This document shows positions 54,375-64,000 of a stretch of DNA of 64,000 nucleotides, one piece after another (the first letter of the stretch is position 1; every line of letters starts with the position of its first letter). The stretch covers positions 10,571-74,570 of the forward strand of contig DATAOC010000040.1 in assembly GCA_036265915.1 (NCBI GenBank), in the 5' to 3' direction. Below the pieces are notes generated by a model. That model did not search any database and had not been told where the DNA came from. It was given only the letters and a program-made list of their open reading frames with translations. The position numbers and the translations under genes were made by a program. This DNA is from Candidatus Methylomirabilota bacterium (GTDB lineage: Bacteria; Methylomirabilota; Methylomirabilia; Rokubacteriales; CSP1-6).

Positions 54375-57300
54375 CTACATCCGGCGGACGCGCTCCACCG
54401 TCGCCTGCATCTGCTCCACGCGCGACCACCGCCGCAGCGACTCGGCGAGCGCGGGCTCGGGGGCGGCGGCCGCGATGGCGACGAGCGTTCGCTCCGCGAG
54501 CTCGGCGGCCGCCCGCGCCTTCTCGGCGGCCCCGAGCTGCATGTTGGCGCGCGCGAGCACGTCGGCGGCCTGCCACGTCAGGGTCGGGTAGGCGATCCGC
54601 CGCGCGATGCTCACCGCACGATCCAGGCTGGCCACGGCGGCCGCCGCGTCGCCGGCGCGCAGCGCGATCTCGCCGCGCCGCGCATGGAACCAGCCCACGT
54701 ACTTCAGCGAGTCCGTCTGCTCGGCCTCGGCCAGGCCGCGATCGGCGAGCGTCAGCGCCTCCTCGTCGCGACCGAGCGCCATGAGCGCGGTGGTGATGCC
54801 GAACGAGAGGTGGATCGCCCAGCGCCAGCGGTGCGCGCCGAAGGCCTTGCGCGCGCGCTCGAGCGTCTGCTCGAAGAGCGCGAGCGCGGGCTGGGGCCCC
54901 TTGAGCGCGAGGTCGCTGAAGCCGAGGTCGATGAGGGCGCTGATCTCCACGTTGCCGTTCTTGATGCGGCGGCCGATGTCGCGGCTCTCGCTGTTGACGT
55001 CGACGGCGCCCGCGAAGTCGCCATACTCCTGCCGCAGCCACCCGAAGGTGTTGCCCATGCGGGCGAACATGAAATGGTTCTCGCGGTCGCGCGCGAGGGC
55101 GCGGCCCTGGGCGAGCGTGTCCCACGCGACGCGATAGTCGCCTCGGCCGATGTGCGCGAAGCAGCGGTTCGACATCGCGAACACCTCGCTGAAGCCGTCG
55201 TGGATCTCGCGCGCCGCCCTCTCGGTATCGAGCGACATGGCGATGGCGTCGTCGAAGCGGCCCTGCCAGCACCGCTGGACGCCGAGCAGCGGCGCCACCT
55301 GCACCACGATGTCTCGATGCTGGCCCCGGCGCGCCAGCGCCACCGCCTCGTCGAACTCCGCCTCGGCCTCGGTGAGGCGCGCCTGCATCTGATCGAGCGA
55401 GCCCAGCAGGAACAGCGTGCGCGCCAGCAGGCGCTCGTCGCCGATCTCGCGTGCGATCTCGTGCGCCCGGCGCACGTTCGTTTCGAGCTCGCCGATCTCG
55501 TCCCACGACAAGGCCATGTAGTGGCAGTAGGCGATCTCGGCGTACGCCTCCGCCTCCAGCCGCCGATCGCCGTCGGCGCGCGCGTACTCGAGCATCTTGC
55601 GCGCGTCGGCGCGCGCCTCGTCCAGCCGTGCCACCGTGGTGAGGACCTGCGCACGGCGCTGGTGCACCTCCGCCAGCCGCGCCCCGGCCACCGGCGGGGT
55701 CGCGCGGGCGCCCGCCTCCAGCGCGCGCGTATACCAGTCGAGCGCGGTGGTGTTGGCCGACGCCTCGCGCGCGCGCGCGCCGGAGCGGACGAGGTAGTCG
55801 AACGCCTTCGCCCACTCCTCACCCTCCGAGAAGTGGTGGGCGAGCTCCTCGTAGTGCTCGGCGAGCCGGTCCGGATAGAGCTCCTCCAGCGCGAAGGCCA
55901 CGCTGCGGTGCAGCTCGCGCCGCCGCTCGCGGAGCAGGCTGTTGTAGGCGACGTCCTGGATCACGGCGTGCTTGAAGATGTAGGCCGGCTCCGGGAGCAG
56001 GCCCTCCTGGTAGATGATCTCCAGCGCCTGCAGCTCGCGCAGCAGCCCGTCGAGCTGCTGGCTCATCCCCGACACGCGGCTGAGCAGCCTCACCAGGAAC
56101 TGCCGGCCGATGACCGAGGCCAGCTGCACCGCGCGCTTGCCCTCGTCGCCGAGCCGATCCAGGCGCGCCATGATGATGTCGTGGATCGTCTCCGGTACGT
56201 CGATCGTCTCGGGGCCGCTCACGAGCACCAGGCGATCGCCCTCGCGCCGCACCACACCGAGGTCGAGCAGCGTCTTGGCGACCTCCTCGATGAAGAGCGG
56301 CACGCCCTCGGCTTTCTGGGTCAGCGCGGCCAGCAGCTCGGGCGGCAGATCGGCGACCCCGAGCACGCCGCGGGCGACGGCGAGCGCGTCGGCGGCGCCC
56401 AGCGTCGTGAGCGAGATCGTCGTGTAATAGCTGCGCGAGCCGAACGGCGGCGCGTAGCCGATGCGGTAGGTGAGGATCACCATCACGGCCACGCCGGCGA
56501 GCGACTCCATCAGCGAGCCGAGGAACTCCTCGCTGCCGGAGTCCATCCAGTGCAGATCCTCGACCACGAGCACCACCGGCCGCAGCTGCGCGCCGCGCAT
56601 GGTGAGCGCGCGCAGCGCGGCGAAGGCCAGCCGCCGGCGATTTGGCGCATCCATCGCGGTGACCGTCGGGTCGCCGGGATCGACCGAGAGCAGGTAGCGG
56701 ATGAACGGCACGTGCGCCTCGAGGCCGCCCATGCGCCGCGTGAGCGCCTCGATCTTGGCGATGATCTCCGGCTCGCCGTCGAACTCCTCGATCCCGAAAT
56801 TCTTCCGCAGCAGGTCGATCAGCGGCAGGAACGGAATCGACTGCCCGAAGGAGACGCACTGGCCTTCCACCCAGCTCACGGGACGCCCCGCGTCCGCCAG
56901 CCGCCGGCGGAACTCGTAGAGCAGCCGCGACTTCCCCATGCCCGCATCGCCGACGAGGAACACCGCCTGGCCGTGGCCGGCCTCGACGTCGGCGAAGCGC
57001 GCGAGCAGCGTCTGCAGCTCGCGGTCGCGGCCGACGAACGGGGTGAGACCGCGCTCGTGGCCGACCGCGACGCGCGAGCGCGCGCCGCGCGTGCGCACGA
57101 CCTGCCATGCCCGCACGGGCTCGTGGCCCTTCACCTCGAGGCGGCCGAGGTCGAGCGTCTCGAAGAAGCCCTCGATCGCCCGGTGCGTTGCCTCGCTCAC
57201 GACCACCGTGCCCGGGCGCGCCGTCTGCTGCATCCGCGCCGCGAGGTTCGTGGTGTCGCCGACCGCCGTGTAGTCCATGCGCAGGTCGTCACCGATGGCG

Positions 57301-57914
57301 CCGACCACGACGGCGCCGGTGTTGATGCCGATCCGCATGGCCAGCGAGAGCCCGAGCTCGGCGCGCAGGGCCGCCGCATAATCGGCCATCGCGCGCTGGA
57401 TGCCGAGCGCGGCGTGCACGGCGCGGCGCGCGCTGTCCTCGTGCGCGATCGGCGCGCCGAACAGCGCCATCACGCCGTCGCCCGTGTACTGGTTGATCGT
57501 GCCCTCGAAGCGGTGGACCTCGGCGGTGATCCGCTCGAAGCAGCCGTTGATGATCCGGTGGACCTCCTCGGGATCGCGCTTCTCGGCGAGGCTGGTGAAG
57601 CCCGCGACATCAGCGAAGAGGACGGTGACCTGACGGCGCTCACCCTCGATTGCTGACCGCGACTTCAGAATTTTGTCGGCGAGGTGCTTGGGCGTGTAGG
57701 CGGCCGCACCGGAGGTCGCCGGCGGAGCCGGCGGGACTGCCGGCGCGGGCGCGTCCTGCAGGCTCTTGCCGCAGTGGCCGCAGAAGCGGAAGTCGGGTGG
57801 AACCTCGGCGCCACAGTGCGCGCACCGCGTGGCGAGCGCGCCGCCGCAGCGGCCGCAGAATTTCATGCCGGCCGGGCTTTCGAAGCCGCACTGCGGACAG
57901 CGCGCGGAGGCCAT
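54375..57914 (-). CDS. Class III adenylate/guanylate cyclase fused to an AAA/NB-ARC-like ATPase and TPR repeats, with an N-terminal double zinc ribbon
   Basis: CPQCG...CGRCG...CAHCG...CGHCG. Cyclase core ...VTVLFADVAGFT...YTGDGVMALFG.... P-loop GDAGMGKS. Long C-terminal helical repeats. Confidence 0.85.
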   Translation of the reverse strand: MASARCPQCGFESPAGMKFCGRCGGALATRCAHCGAEVPPDFRFCGHCGKSLQDAPAPAVPPAPPATSGAAAYTPKHLADKILKSRSAIEGERRQVTVLFADVAGFTSLAEKRDPEEVHRIINGCFERITAEVHRFEGTINQYTGDGVMALFGAPIAHEDSARRAVHAALGIQRAMADYAAALRAELGLSLAMRIGINTGAVVVGAIGDDLRMDYTAVGDTTNLAARMQQTARPGTVVVSEATHRAIEGFFETLDLGRLEVKGHEPVRAWQVVRTRGARSRVAVGHERGLTPFVGRDRELQTLLARFADVEAGHGQAVFLVGDAGMGKSRLLYEFRRRLADAGRPVSWVEGQCVSFGQSIPFLPLIDLLRKNFGIEEFDGEPEIIAKIEALTRRMGGLEAHVPFIRYLLSVDPGDPTVTAMDAPNRRRLAFAALRALTMRGAQLRPVVLVVEDLHWMDSGSEEFLGSLMESLAGVAVMVILTYRIGYAPPFGSRSYYTTISLTTLGAADALAVARGVLGVADLPPELLAALTQKAEGVPLFIEEVAKTLLDLGVVRREGDRLVLVSGPETIDVPETIHDIIMARLDRLGDEGKRAVQLASVIGRQFLVRLLSRVSGMSQQLDGLLRELQALEIIYQEGLLPEPAYIFKHAVIQDVAYNSLLRERRRELHRSVAFALEELYPDRLAEHYEELAHHFSEGEEWAKAFDYLVRSGARAREASANTTALDWYTRALEAGARATPPVAGARLAEVHQRRAQVLTTVARLDEARADARKMLEYARADGDRRLEAEAYAEIAYCHYMALSWDEIGELETNVRRAHEIAREIGDERLLARTLFLLGSLDQMQARLTEAEAEFDEAVALARRGQHRDIVVQVAPLLGVQRCWQGRFDDAIAMSLDTERAAREIHDGFSEVFAMSNRCFAHIGRGDYRVAWDTLAQGRALARDRENHFMFARMGNTFGWLRQEYGDFAGAVDVNSESRDIGRRIKNGNVEISALIDLGFSDLALKGPQPALALFEQTLERARKAFGAHRWRWAIHLSFGITTALMALGRDEEALTLADRGLAEAEQTDSLKYVGWFHARRGEIALRAGDAAAAVASLDRAVSIARRIAYPTLTWQAADVLARANMQLGAAEKARAAAELAERTLVAIAAAAPEPALAESLRRWSRVEQMQATVERVRRM

Positions 57915-57934
57915 GCGAAATTATACGCGCCGCG

Positions 57935-58921
57935 CTACGGGATGACCTCGTCGGCGCGCAGCAGCAGCGGCGGGGGGATCGTCAGCCGCAGCGCCTTCGC
58001 CGTCTTCACGTTGATGACCAGCTCGAGCTTCGTCGGCTGCTCCACCGGGAGATCGGCGGGCCGCGCGCCCTTGAGGATCTTGTCCGCATAGGCGGCCGCC
58101 TGCCGGTACATGCTGGCGAGGCTGGCGCCATAGAACATCAGTCCGCCCGCGTCGACGTAGTCGCGACCGCCGTAGACGGCCGGGAGCCGTCGCCGGGCCG
58201 CCAGCTCGACGATCCGCTTGCGGTGGGTGATGAACAACGGGTTGGTCTGCACGAGGAGCGCCTCCATGTGCTCACGCGCCATGGCCGCGAATGCCGGCTC
58301 GAGCTCGCTCGCCTGCCGTGCCTCGAAGACGCGCAGCGCGAGCCCCAGCGCGTGGGTGGCCGCGTCCTTCTCGCTCTCGAGAGCGGCGCTGTACTGCGTC
58401 GTGTAGAACGACGCCGGATTGACGAGCACGGCGACGCGGGACAGGCGGGGGACGGCCTCCTTCAAGAGCTCGAGGCGCTTGAGGTCCAGCGTCTGGCCGA
58501 GGGCGGTGACGCCGGTCACGTTGCCGCCGGGGCGCGCCAGGCTCGTCACGAGGCCGTCGTGGACCGGATCGCCCGTGGTGACGATGACGATCGGAATGGT
58601 CGCCGTCGCCTGCCGGGCCGCCAGCGCCCCCGGACTCGATCCGGTGAGGATCAGATCGACGCGTTGTCGCACGAGCTCGGCCGCCAGCGCCGGCAGCCGC
58701 TCGCCCTTGCCGTCGGCGAAGCGCGTCTCGACGGTGAACGTCGTTCCCTCCGCCCAGCCGAGCGCTCGCATGCCTTGCTTGAACGCCTCGATGTGCGGGG
58801 AGTCGGCCTCGACGGACAGCGGAGTGAGGCGGCCGATGCGCACGGGCCTTCGCGCCTCCTGCGCGGCCACGTGGAACGCGGTTCGGCGCGCGCGCATTTC
58901 TACAACGACCTCTGCAATCAA
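57935..58921 (-). CDS. ABC-transporter substrate-binding-like protein (DUF534 / ABC_sub_bind family), apparently lacking a signal peptide
   Basis: ...RRPVRIGRLTPLS... core. The frame closes 11 codons upstream of the TTG at 58921. No hydrophobic leader in any frame. The first ATG is 58897. Confidence 0.5.
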   Translation of the reverse strand: MIAEVVVEMRARRTAFHVAAQEARRPVRIGRLTPLSVEADSPHIEAFKQGMRALGWAEGTTFTVETRFADGKGERLPALAAELVRQRVDLILTGSSPGALAARQATATIPIVIVTTGDPVHDGLVTSLARPGGNVTGVTALGQTLDLKRLELLKEAVPRLSRVAVLVNPASFYTTQYSAALESEKDAATHALGLALRVFEARQASELEPAFAAMAREHMEALLVQTNPLFITHRKRIVELAARRRLPAVYGGRDYVDAGGLMFYGASLASMYRQAAAYADKILKGARPADLPVEQPTKLELVINVKTAKALRLTIPPPLLLRADEVIP

Positions 58922-58977
58922 TTCCGCATTGCGCCGTCCCGTGCGCGTGCTCTACGGTACGTCGCCGGGAGGCAGGC

Positions 58978-60465
58978 ATGAGGCACTCGGCATGGATGGT
59001 GGCGGCGCTCGCGCTGGCCGTGGCAGCGCCGGACGCGAGCGCACAGACGGCGGCGCGCGGATTTCCCGACGGCCTCGACGAGGCGCTCGGGAGCAAGTTC
59101 AAGGCCTCGGGACGTCGACCGGTGCCGCGATTCCCGCGCCGCGGCTCCGATGCGCTGAGCGTGCTGCGGCAGTGGAACGACATCGCCATCGACGCGAGCG
59201 GCCTCGATCACACGCCCGTCGCGCCGGGCGAGAGCCGCATCTTCGGCGAGCAGCTCGGCCCCACGCGCGCCAGCCGGGCCATGGCCATCGTCCACATCGC
59301 GATGTTCGACGCGGTCAACGCCATCGCCGGCCGGTACCAGCCGTACAGCTCGCTGGCGCCGGTGACCGGCCCGGCGTCGATGACCGCGGCCATCGCGCAG
59401 GCGGCGCGCGACACGCTGGCGGCGCTGTTTGCCTCGCAGGCCGCGTCGTTCGACGAGCTGCTTGCGGCGGAGCTGCACGGGATCTCGGACGGGCCTGCGA
59501 AATCGGCCGGCGTCGCGCTCGGTCGCGCGGCGGCGACGGCCATCCTGGAGCGGCGCGCCGGGGACGGCGCCGACCATGCGGAGCCGCGCGTGGGCATCGA
59601 CTTCATCACGAGCACGGCGCCCGGCAAGTGGCGTCAGGACCCGATCAGCGCGGGGCCGCTGGCGCTCGGAGCGCGCTGGGGCGGCGTCACACCGTTCGTG
59701 CTGCAGTCGAGCACGCAATTCCGCGTTCCCGAACCGCCCGCGGCGGACAGCCGTCAGTACGCGCGCGCGTTCGAGGAAGCGCGACAGCTCGGCGGCGACG
59801 GCGTGGTCACCCCGACCCAGCGCAATGCCGAGGAGACGTTCGCCGGCACCTTCTGGGCGTATGACGGCACGCCGAGCCTCTGCGCGCCGCCGCGGCTCTA
59901 CAACCAGCTCACCGTGCAGATCGCCGAGCAGATGAGGTCGGACGTCGTCGAGCTCGCGCGTCTGCTCGCGCTCGTGAACGTGGCGCTGGCGGACGCCGGC
60001 ATCGCGGCGTGGGAGTCGAAGTTCCATTACCAGGTCGGCCGGCCGGTCACCGTCATCCGCGAGGCCGGCGCCGATCCGACGTTCACGCCGCTCGGCGCGC
60101 CGGCCAGCAACCTGCACGGCCCGAATTTCACGCCGCCGTTCCCGGCCTATCCCTCGGGCCACGCCGCGTTCGGCGGCGCGCTGTTCCAGATGCTCCGGCA
60201 CGTCTACCGCACGGACCGCATCGCCTTCACCTTCGTGTCGGACGAGTACAACGGCCTCACCGAAGATCACACGGGCGCCGTGCGGCCGCTGCATCCGCGG
60301 ACATTCTCGTCGCTCTCCGAGGCCGAGGAGGAGAACGGTCAGAGCCGCATCTATCTCGGCATCCACTGGGCCTTCGACAAGAACCAGGGCATCGCCCAGG
60401 GCCGCCGCGTGGCCGACTACGTCTTCCGCAACGCGTTCCTGCCGCGGCGCGGTGACGACCGCTAG
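58978..60465 (+). CDS. Secreted PAP2-superfamily protein of the vanadium-haloperoxidase / acid-phosphatase-related type
   Basis: Signal peptide MRHSAWMVAALALAVAAPDASA. C-terminal ...PSGHAAFGGA...HWAFD... PAP2 motifs. Confidence 0.65.
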   Translation: MRHSAWMVAALALAVAAPDASAQTAARGFPDGLDEALGSKFKASGRRPVPRFPRRGSDALSVLRQWNDIAIDASGLDHTPVAPGESRIFGEQLGPTRASRAMAIVHIAMFDAVNAIAGRYQPYSSLAPVTGPASMTAAIAQAARDTLAALFASQAASFDELLAAELHGISDGPAKSAGVALGRAAATAILERRAGDGADHAEPRVGIDFITSTAPGKWRQDPISAGPLALGARWGGVTPFVLQSSTQFRVPEPPAADSRQYARAFEEARQLGGDGVVTPTQRNAEETFAGTFWAYDGTPSLCAPPRLYNQLTVQIAEQMRSDVVELARLLALVNVALADAGIAAWESKFHYQVGRPVTVIREAGADPTFTPLGAPASNLHGPNFTPPFPAYPSGHAAFGGALFQMLRHVYRTDRIAFTFVSDEYNGLTEDHTGAVRPLHPRTFSSLSEAEEENGQSRIYLGIHWAFDKNQGIAQGRRVADYVFRNAFLPRRGDDR

Positions 60466-60515
60466 GCACCGTTTCAGGGCGGCGTAGGATGGAGAGACAG
60501 CAGGAGGTACCGCCG

Positions 60516-60902
60516 ATGACGATCCGCCTCGACCACACCATCGTGCCGGCCAGGGACAAGGGGGCGTCGGCCCGGTTCTTCGCGGAGATCTTCGGCCTCG
60601 AGGTGAAGCCCGGCGACGGCTACTTCGCGCAGGTCCAGGTCAACGACACGCTGACCCTCGACTTCTCCGACGACGTGGACGACGGGGACGGCAGCAGCCA
60701 GCATTACGCGTTCCACGTCAGCGACGCCGAGTTCGACGCGATCTTCGCCCGCGTCAAGGCCAAGGGCATCGCGTATGGCGCCGGGCCGGACCATCACACG
60801 GACGGCAAGATCAACCGGCGGCGCGGCGGCCGTGGGTTCTACTTCGAGGATCCGTACGGCCACCTGCTGGAGGTGATGACGGTGGCGGAGACGGGGAGCT
60901 AG
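60516..60902 (+). CDS. VOC-family (glyoxalase-like) protein
   Basis: SD GCAGGAGG 8 nt before ATG 60516. ...HYAFHV...FYFEDPYGHLLEV.... Confidence 0.7.
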   Translation: MTIRLDHTIVPARDKGASARFFAEIFGLEVKPGDGYFAQVQVNDTLTLDFSDDVDDGDGSSQHYAFHVSDAEFDAIFARVKAKGIAYGAGPDHHTDGKINRRRGGRGFYFEDPYGHLLEVMTVAETGS

Positions 60903-62626
60903 CGCGCGCGGCGGAGCCTCGCGCGGAGGGCCTTCGTCTCGACCTCGTCGACGGCGCCGCCGTCGAGCGTGAGCACCACGCCGTAGTCGGCGGCCGTCGC
61001 GATCTTGCCGTCCTTCAGATCGGCCAGCACGGCCGCCGGCTCGCGCTCGAGCGGATCACCGTACCCGGCGCCTCCGGCGATGTACTCCCACAGCTGATCG
61101 CCCGGATGCAGCACGATCATCTTCTTCGACGGCAGCTCCTCGCGCGTGCCGTCCTTGCGCACGATGAACGCATGCGCGCGTGCCCCGGGCGCGCCGCCCT
61201 CGAGTCCCCACGGCGAGGACGCGAAGCGCTCGCCGCGATGGGAGACCATCACGTCGGTGGTGGTCGCCTCGTAGACCTTCTCGAGGCCGAGGCCGCCGCG
61301 GAACCGGCCGGCGCCGCCGGAGCCGCGCCACAGACGCGCGCGGGGGATGCGGAGCGGGAAGTTCATCTCCACCGACTCCACGGGGATGTTCATGCAGTTC
61401 GAGACGTCCGTCTCGATGGTGTCGATGCCGTCCTTGCTCGGCCGCGCGCCCATGCCGCCGGCGGCGAGCTCGCTGGCCACGAACGGACGATCGGTCTCGG
61501 GATCGCGGCCGCCGAACGCCATGACCAGCAGCGTGCCGGAGTTCGCGGCCGGCATCTTGCCGGGTAGCGCGCCCACCAGCGCCCCGAGGATCGTGTCGGC
61601 GATGCGCTTGATGGTCGCCGTGCGGCAGCTCACCGGCGCCGGCGGCCGCGGGTTCACCAGCGTCCCTTCCGGCAGGATCGCGTCCACCGCGCGGAAGCAG
61701 CCGCCGTTGTTCGGGATGGACGCGTCGGAGATGGCGCGCACCGCGTAGTAGACGGCCGACATGGTCGACGCCGGTACGGAATTGAACGGCCCGCCCACCT
61801 GCGCATCGGTGCCCGTGAAGTCGAATGTCATCGCGGAGCCGCGCACGCGGAGGGTGACCGCGATCTTGACCGGCTGGCCGATGTTCACGCCGTCGTCGTC
61901 CAGCCAGTCCTCGAACGCGTAGTCGCCGTCGGGGATCGTCTCGATCTGCGCGCGCGTCAGGCGCTCGGCGCGCGCCAGCAGCTCCTCGATGTACTCGACC
62001 ACCGTCGCCGCGCCGTGCGCGGCAAACAGCTCGCGCAGCCGGACGCCGCCGAGTCGTCCGGCCGCGACCTGCGCCATGAGATCACCGGTGAAGACGTCCG
62101 GCAGCCGCACGTTCCGCGTGAGCAGCCGGAAGAGGTTCTCGTCCAGCTCGCCGGCGCGGAAGAGCTGGGTGGGCGGGATGATGACCCCTTCCTGGTAAAG
62201 CTCGGTGGCGTCGGTCGGCACGCTGCCCGGCGTGCGTCCACCCACATCCTGGTGATGGCACATCGTGCAGGCGAGGGCGACGGCGTGCCCATCCGCGAAG
62301 ACCGGGACGGCGAGCGTGATGTCGGGCAGATGCGTGCCGCCGTCGTACGGATCGTTCAGCAGGAACGCGTCGCCCTCGCGCATCGCGGCCGGCGGGAACG
62401 CGCGCACGATGCGCTGGGCCGCGAACTGCAGCGCACCCAGGTGAATCGGGATCGCGGCCGCCTGCGCAATGGTCTCGCCGCCCGTGTTGAAGAGCGCGGC
62501 GGAGGCGTCGAGGCCCTCCTTGACGATCGGCGAGGCGGCGCTCTTCAGCAGCGTCAGCTCCATCTCGTCGGCGATGGCGTCCAGGCGATTGCGCAGCACC
62601 TCGAGCAGGATGGGATCGATGCTCAT
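60899..62626 (-). CDS. hyuB: Hydantoinase B / 5-oxoprolinase B subunit family protein (HyuB)
   Basis: 575 aa from ATG 62626 (SD GGAGAG; ATGA overlap with hyuA). The rest of ORF 60899..63664 is Arg-rich junk. Confidence 0.85.
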   Translation of the reverse strand: MSIDPILLEVLRNRLDAIADEMELTLLKSAASPIVKEGLDASAALFNTGGETIAQAAAIPIHLGALQFAAQRIVRAFPPAAMREGDAFLLNDPYDGGTHLPDITLAVPVFADGHAVALACTMCHHQDVGGRTPGSVPTDATELYQEGVIIPPTQLFRAGELDENLFRLLTRNVRLPDVFTGDLMAQVAAGRLGGVRLRELFAAHGAATVVEYIEELLARAERLTRAQIETIPDGDYAFEDWLDDDGVNIGQPVKIAVTLRVRGSAMTFDFTGTDAQVGGPFNSVPASTMSAVYYAVRAISDASIPNNGGCFRAVDAILPEGTLVNPRPPAPVSCRTATIKRIADTILGALVGALPGKMPAANSGTLLVMAFGGRDPETDRPFVASELAAGGMGARPSKDGIDTIETDVSNCMNIPVESVEMNFPLRIPRARLWRGSGGAGRFRGGLGLEKVYEATTTDVMVSHRGERFASSPWGLEGGAPGARAHAFIVRKDGTREELPSKKMIVLHPGDQLWEYIAGGAGYGDPLEREPAAVLADLKDGKIATAADYGVVLTLDGGAVDEVETKALRARLRRAR

Positions 62627-64000
62627 GGCGCTCTCCGCAGCCTCAGGTTGGCGGCCTCGTCCACGAGCGCGGTGACGCCCGGCGGGACGACGGTCGTGGT
62701 GTCCGTCTGCTCCACGATGGCGGGGCCGGTGAGACGCGCCCCGATCGGCAGCCGCGCGCGCTCGTAGATCGGCGTGACCACGAAGCCGTCGAAGTACGCG
62801 CGCCGCTCGCCGAGCCTGGCCTCCTCGAGGCTGCCGTCCGCGCGCGCCGCCGGCGTGATCACCGGCCGCGGCAGCGGGAACGTGTGCACGGCGCGGAAGT
62901 TGACGAACTCGACCGGCTGCTGCGCGCGCGCGTAGCCGTACACGCGCTCGTGCACGGCGTGGAAGGCGGCCACCGCGGCCGGCACGCCGGCGGCCGTCAG
63001 CGGCGCCGTGACCGCGACCTCGAGCTCGTAGGCCTGTCCCACGTAGCGCATGTCGGCGCTGTAGGCCACGCGGACCTCGGACGCGGGCACGCCTTCCTCC
63101 CGCATGCGGGCGCGGCCGCTGGCGTCGAGCTCGGCGAGGCACGCGTTGACGGCGCCCAGGTCGGCGGCGTCGGTCGTCGCCTGCAGCGTGCGCGCGTGGT
63201 GATGCTCGATGGCGGCGGCCAGGAGCCCGAAGGCGGCCAGCACGCCCGGCGCCTCGGGCACCAGCACTTCGGCCATGCCGATCTCTGCGGCGAGCGCGGC
63301 GCCGTGCACGGGGCCGGCGCCGCCGAGCACGAGCAGCGCGAACCGGCGCGGGTCGTAGCCGCGCTTGATGGTCACCAGGCGGATCTGATCGGCCATGCGC
63401 GCGTTGACGACGCGATGGATGCCGGCCGCCGCCGCCACCGGGTCGAGGCCGAGCCGGCGACCGATGTGCGCCATCGCCCGCTCCGCGGCCACCACGTCGA
63501 GGCTCATGGCGCCGCCGGCGAAGCGCGCGGGGTTGAGATAGCCGAGGACGACGCTGGCGTCGGTCACGGTCGCCTCGTCGCCGCCGCGCGCATAGCAGGC
63601 CGGGCCGGGCTCGGCGCCGGCGCTGCGCGGACCGACGCGCAGCCCACCGGCGGCGTCGATCCACGCGATGCTGCCGCCGCCGGCGCCGATGGTGTTCACG
63701 TCGACCATCGGCGTGCGCACGGGATAGGGGCCGATGGCGCCCTCGCTGATCAGCAGCGGCTTGCCGTCGCGGACGAGCGCGACGTCGTTGCTGGTGCCGC
63801 CCATGTCGAGCGAGACGAAATCGCGCACGCCCGCGCGCTCGGCGGCGAACGCCGCGCCGATGACGCCACCGGCGGGACCGGACAGGAACAGGGTGACCGG
63901 CTGCTGCGCCGCCAGCGCGGCCGACACGATGCCGCCGCGCGAGCGCATGATGAGCGGCGGCGCCGGCACGCCGAGCGCGCGCAACGCCTCGGCGAGGCCC
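62623..64000 (-). CDS. hyuA: Hydantoinase A / N-methylhydantoinase A family protein (HyuA), 5' end beyond the window
   Basis: ...LSGPAGGVIGA..., ...SLDMGGTS.... Frame open to the window edge. Confidence 0.85.
   Translation of the reverse strand, partial: GLAEALRALGVPAPPLIMRSRGGIVSAALAAQQPVTLFLSGPAGGVIGAAFAAERAGVRDFVSLDMGGTSNDVALVRDGKPLLISEGAIGPYPVRTPMVDVNTIGAGGGSIAWIDAAGGLRVGPRSAGAEPGPACYARGGDEATVTDASVVLGYLNPARFAGGAMSLDVVAAERAMAHIGRRLGLDPVAAAAGIHRVVNARMADQIRLVTIKRGYDPRRFALLVLGGAGPVHGAALAAEIGMAEVLVPEAPGVLAAFGLLAAAIEHHHARTLQATTDAADLGAVNACLAELDASGRARMREEGVPASEVRVAYSADMRYVGQAYELEVAVTAPLTAAGVPAAVAAFHAVHERVYGYARAQQPVEFVNFRAVHTFPLPRPVITPAARADGSLEEARLGERRAYFDGFVVTPIYERARLPIGARLTGPAIVEQTDTTTVVPPGVTALVDEAANLRLRRAP

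Noticed and set aside
60899-63664. 921-aa ORF spanning hyuB and into hyuA
   Set aside because: HyuB begins at ATG 62626 (SD present, ATGA overlap with the hyuA stop). The upstream 345 codons are an out-of-frame shadow of hyuA.

Overview
This window is a very GC-rich (about 70% GC) chromosomal segment with high gene density (about 60 protein genes). Most real ORFs are tightly packed and many are translationally coupled through ATGA or GTGA start/stop overlaps. The high GC content also produces many long spurious ORFs in alternative frames, which were discounted using GC3 bias, ribosome-binding sites and family-level similarity.

I found no rRNA, tRNA, CRISPR array, transposase or integrase. 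The content is metabolic, transport and regulatory:
- two paralogous HAAT-family (Liv/Urt-like) ABC importer operons
- an AttEFGH-like ABC/FtsX/lipocalin module
- a hydroxyproline/D-amino-acid catabolic trio
- hydantoinase and carbamoylase genes at the two ends
- several F420/LLM, VOC, RidA and SnoaL detoxification-type genes
- signalling genes: a hybrid histidine kinase, response regulators, and a giant adenylate cyclase fused to an ATPase and TPR repeats

The most unusual signals are two ORFs that continue in frame through an internal TGA: a GrdB/PrdB-like reductase at 7332..8237 (minus strand) and an AhpD/CMD-like protein at 11085..11663 (plus strand). Each has a UxxC or CxxU motif at the TGA and a stem-loop starting 11 to 14 nt downstream with G and U in the loop. 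This is the bacterial SECIS arrangement, so both are candidate selenoproteins. They flank an MBL / pseudo-receiver / GAF fusion gene.

Other notable features:
- a nitrilase and a pair of DUF1989 (urea-carboxylase-associated-like) genes attached to the two HAAT transporters
- a tandem array of perfect 12-bp GC-rich palindromes inside one transporter operon
- a hairpin that can occlude the livH start codon
- a catalytically degenerate ClpP-like gene
- two pseudo-receiver regulators

All family assignments are from reading the translations. No database searches were run.
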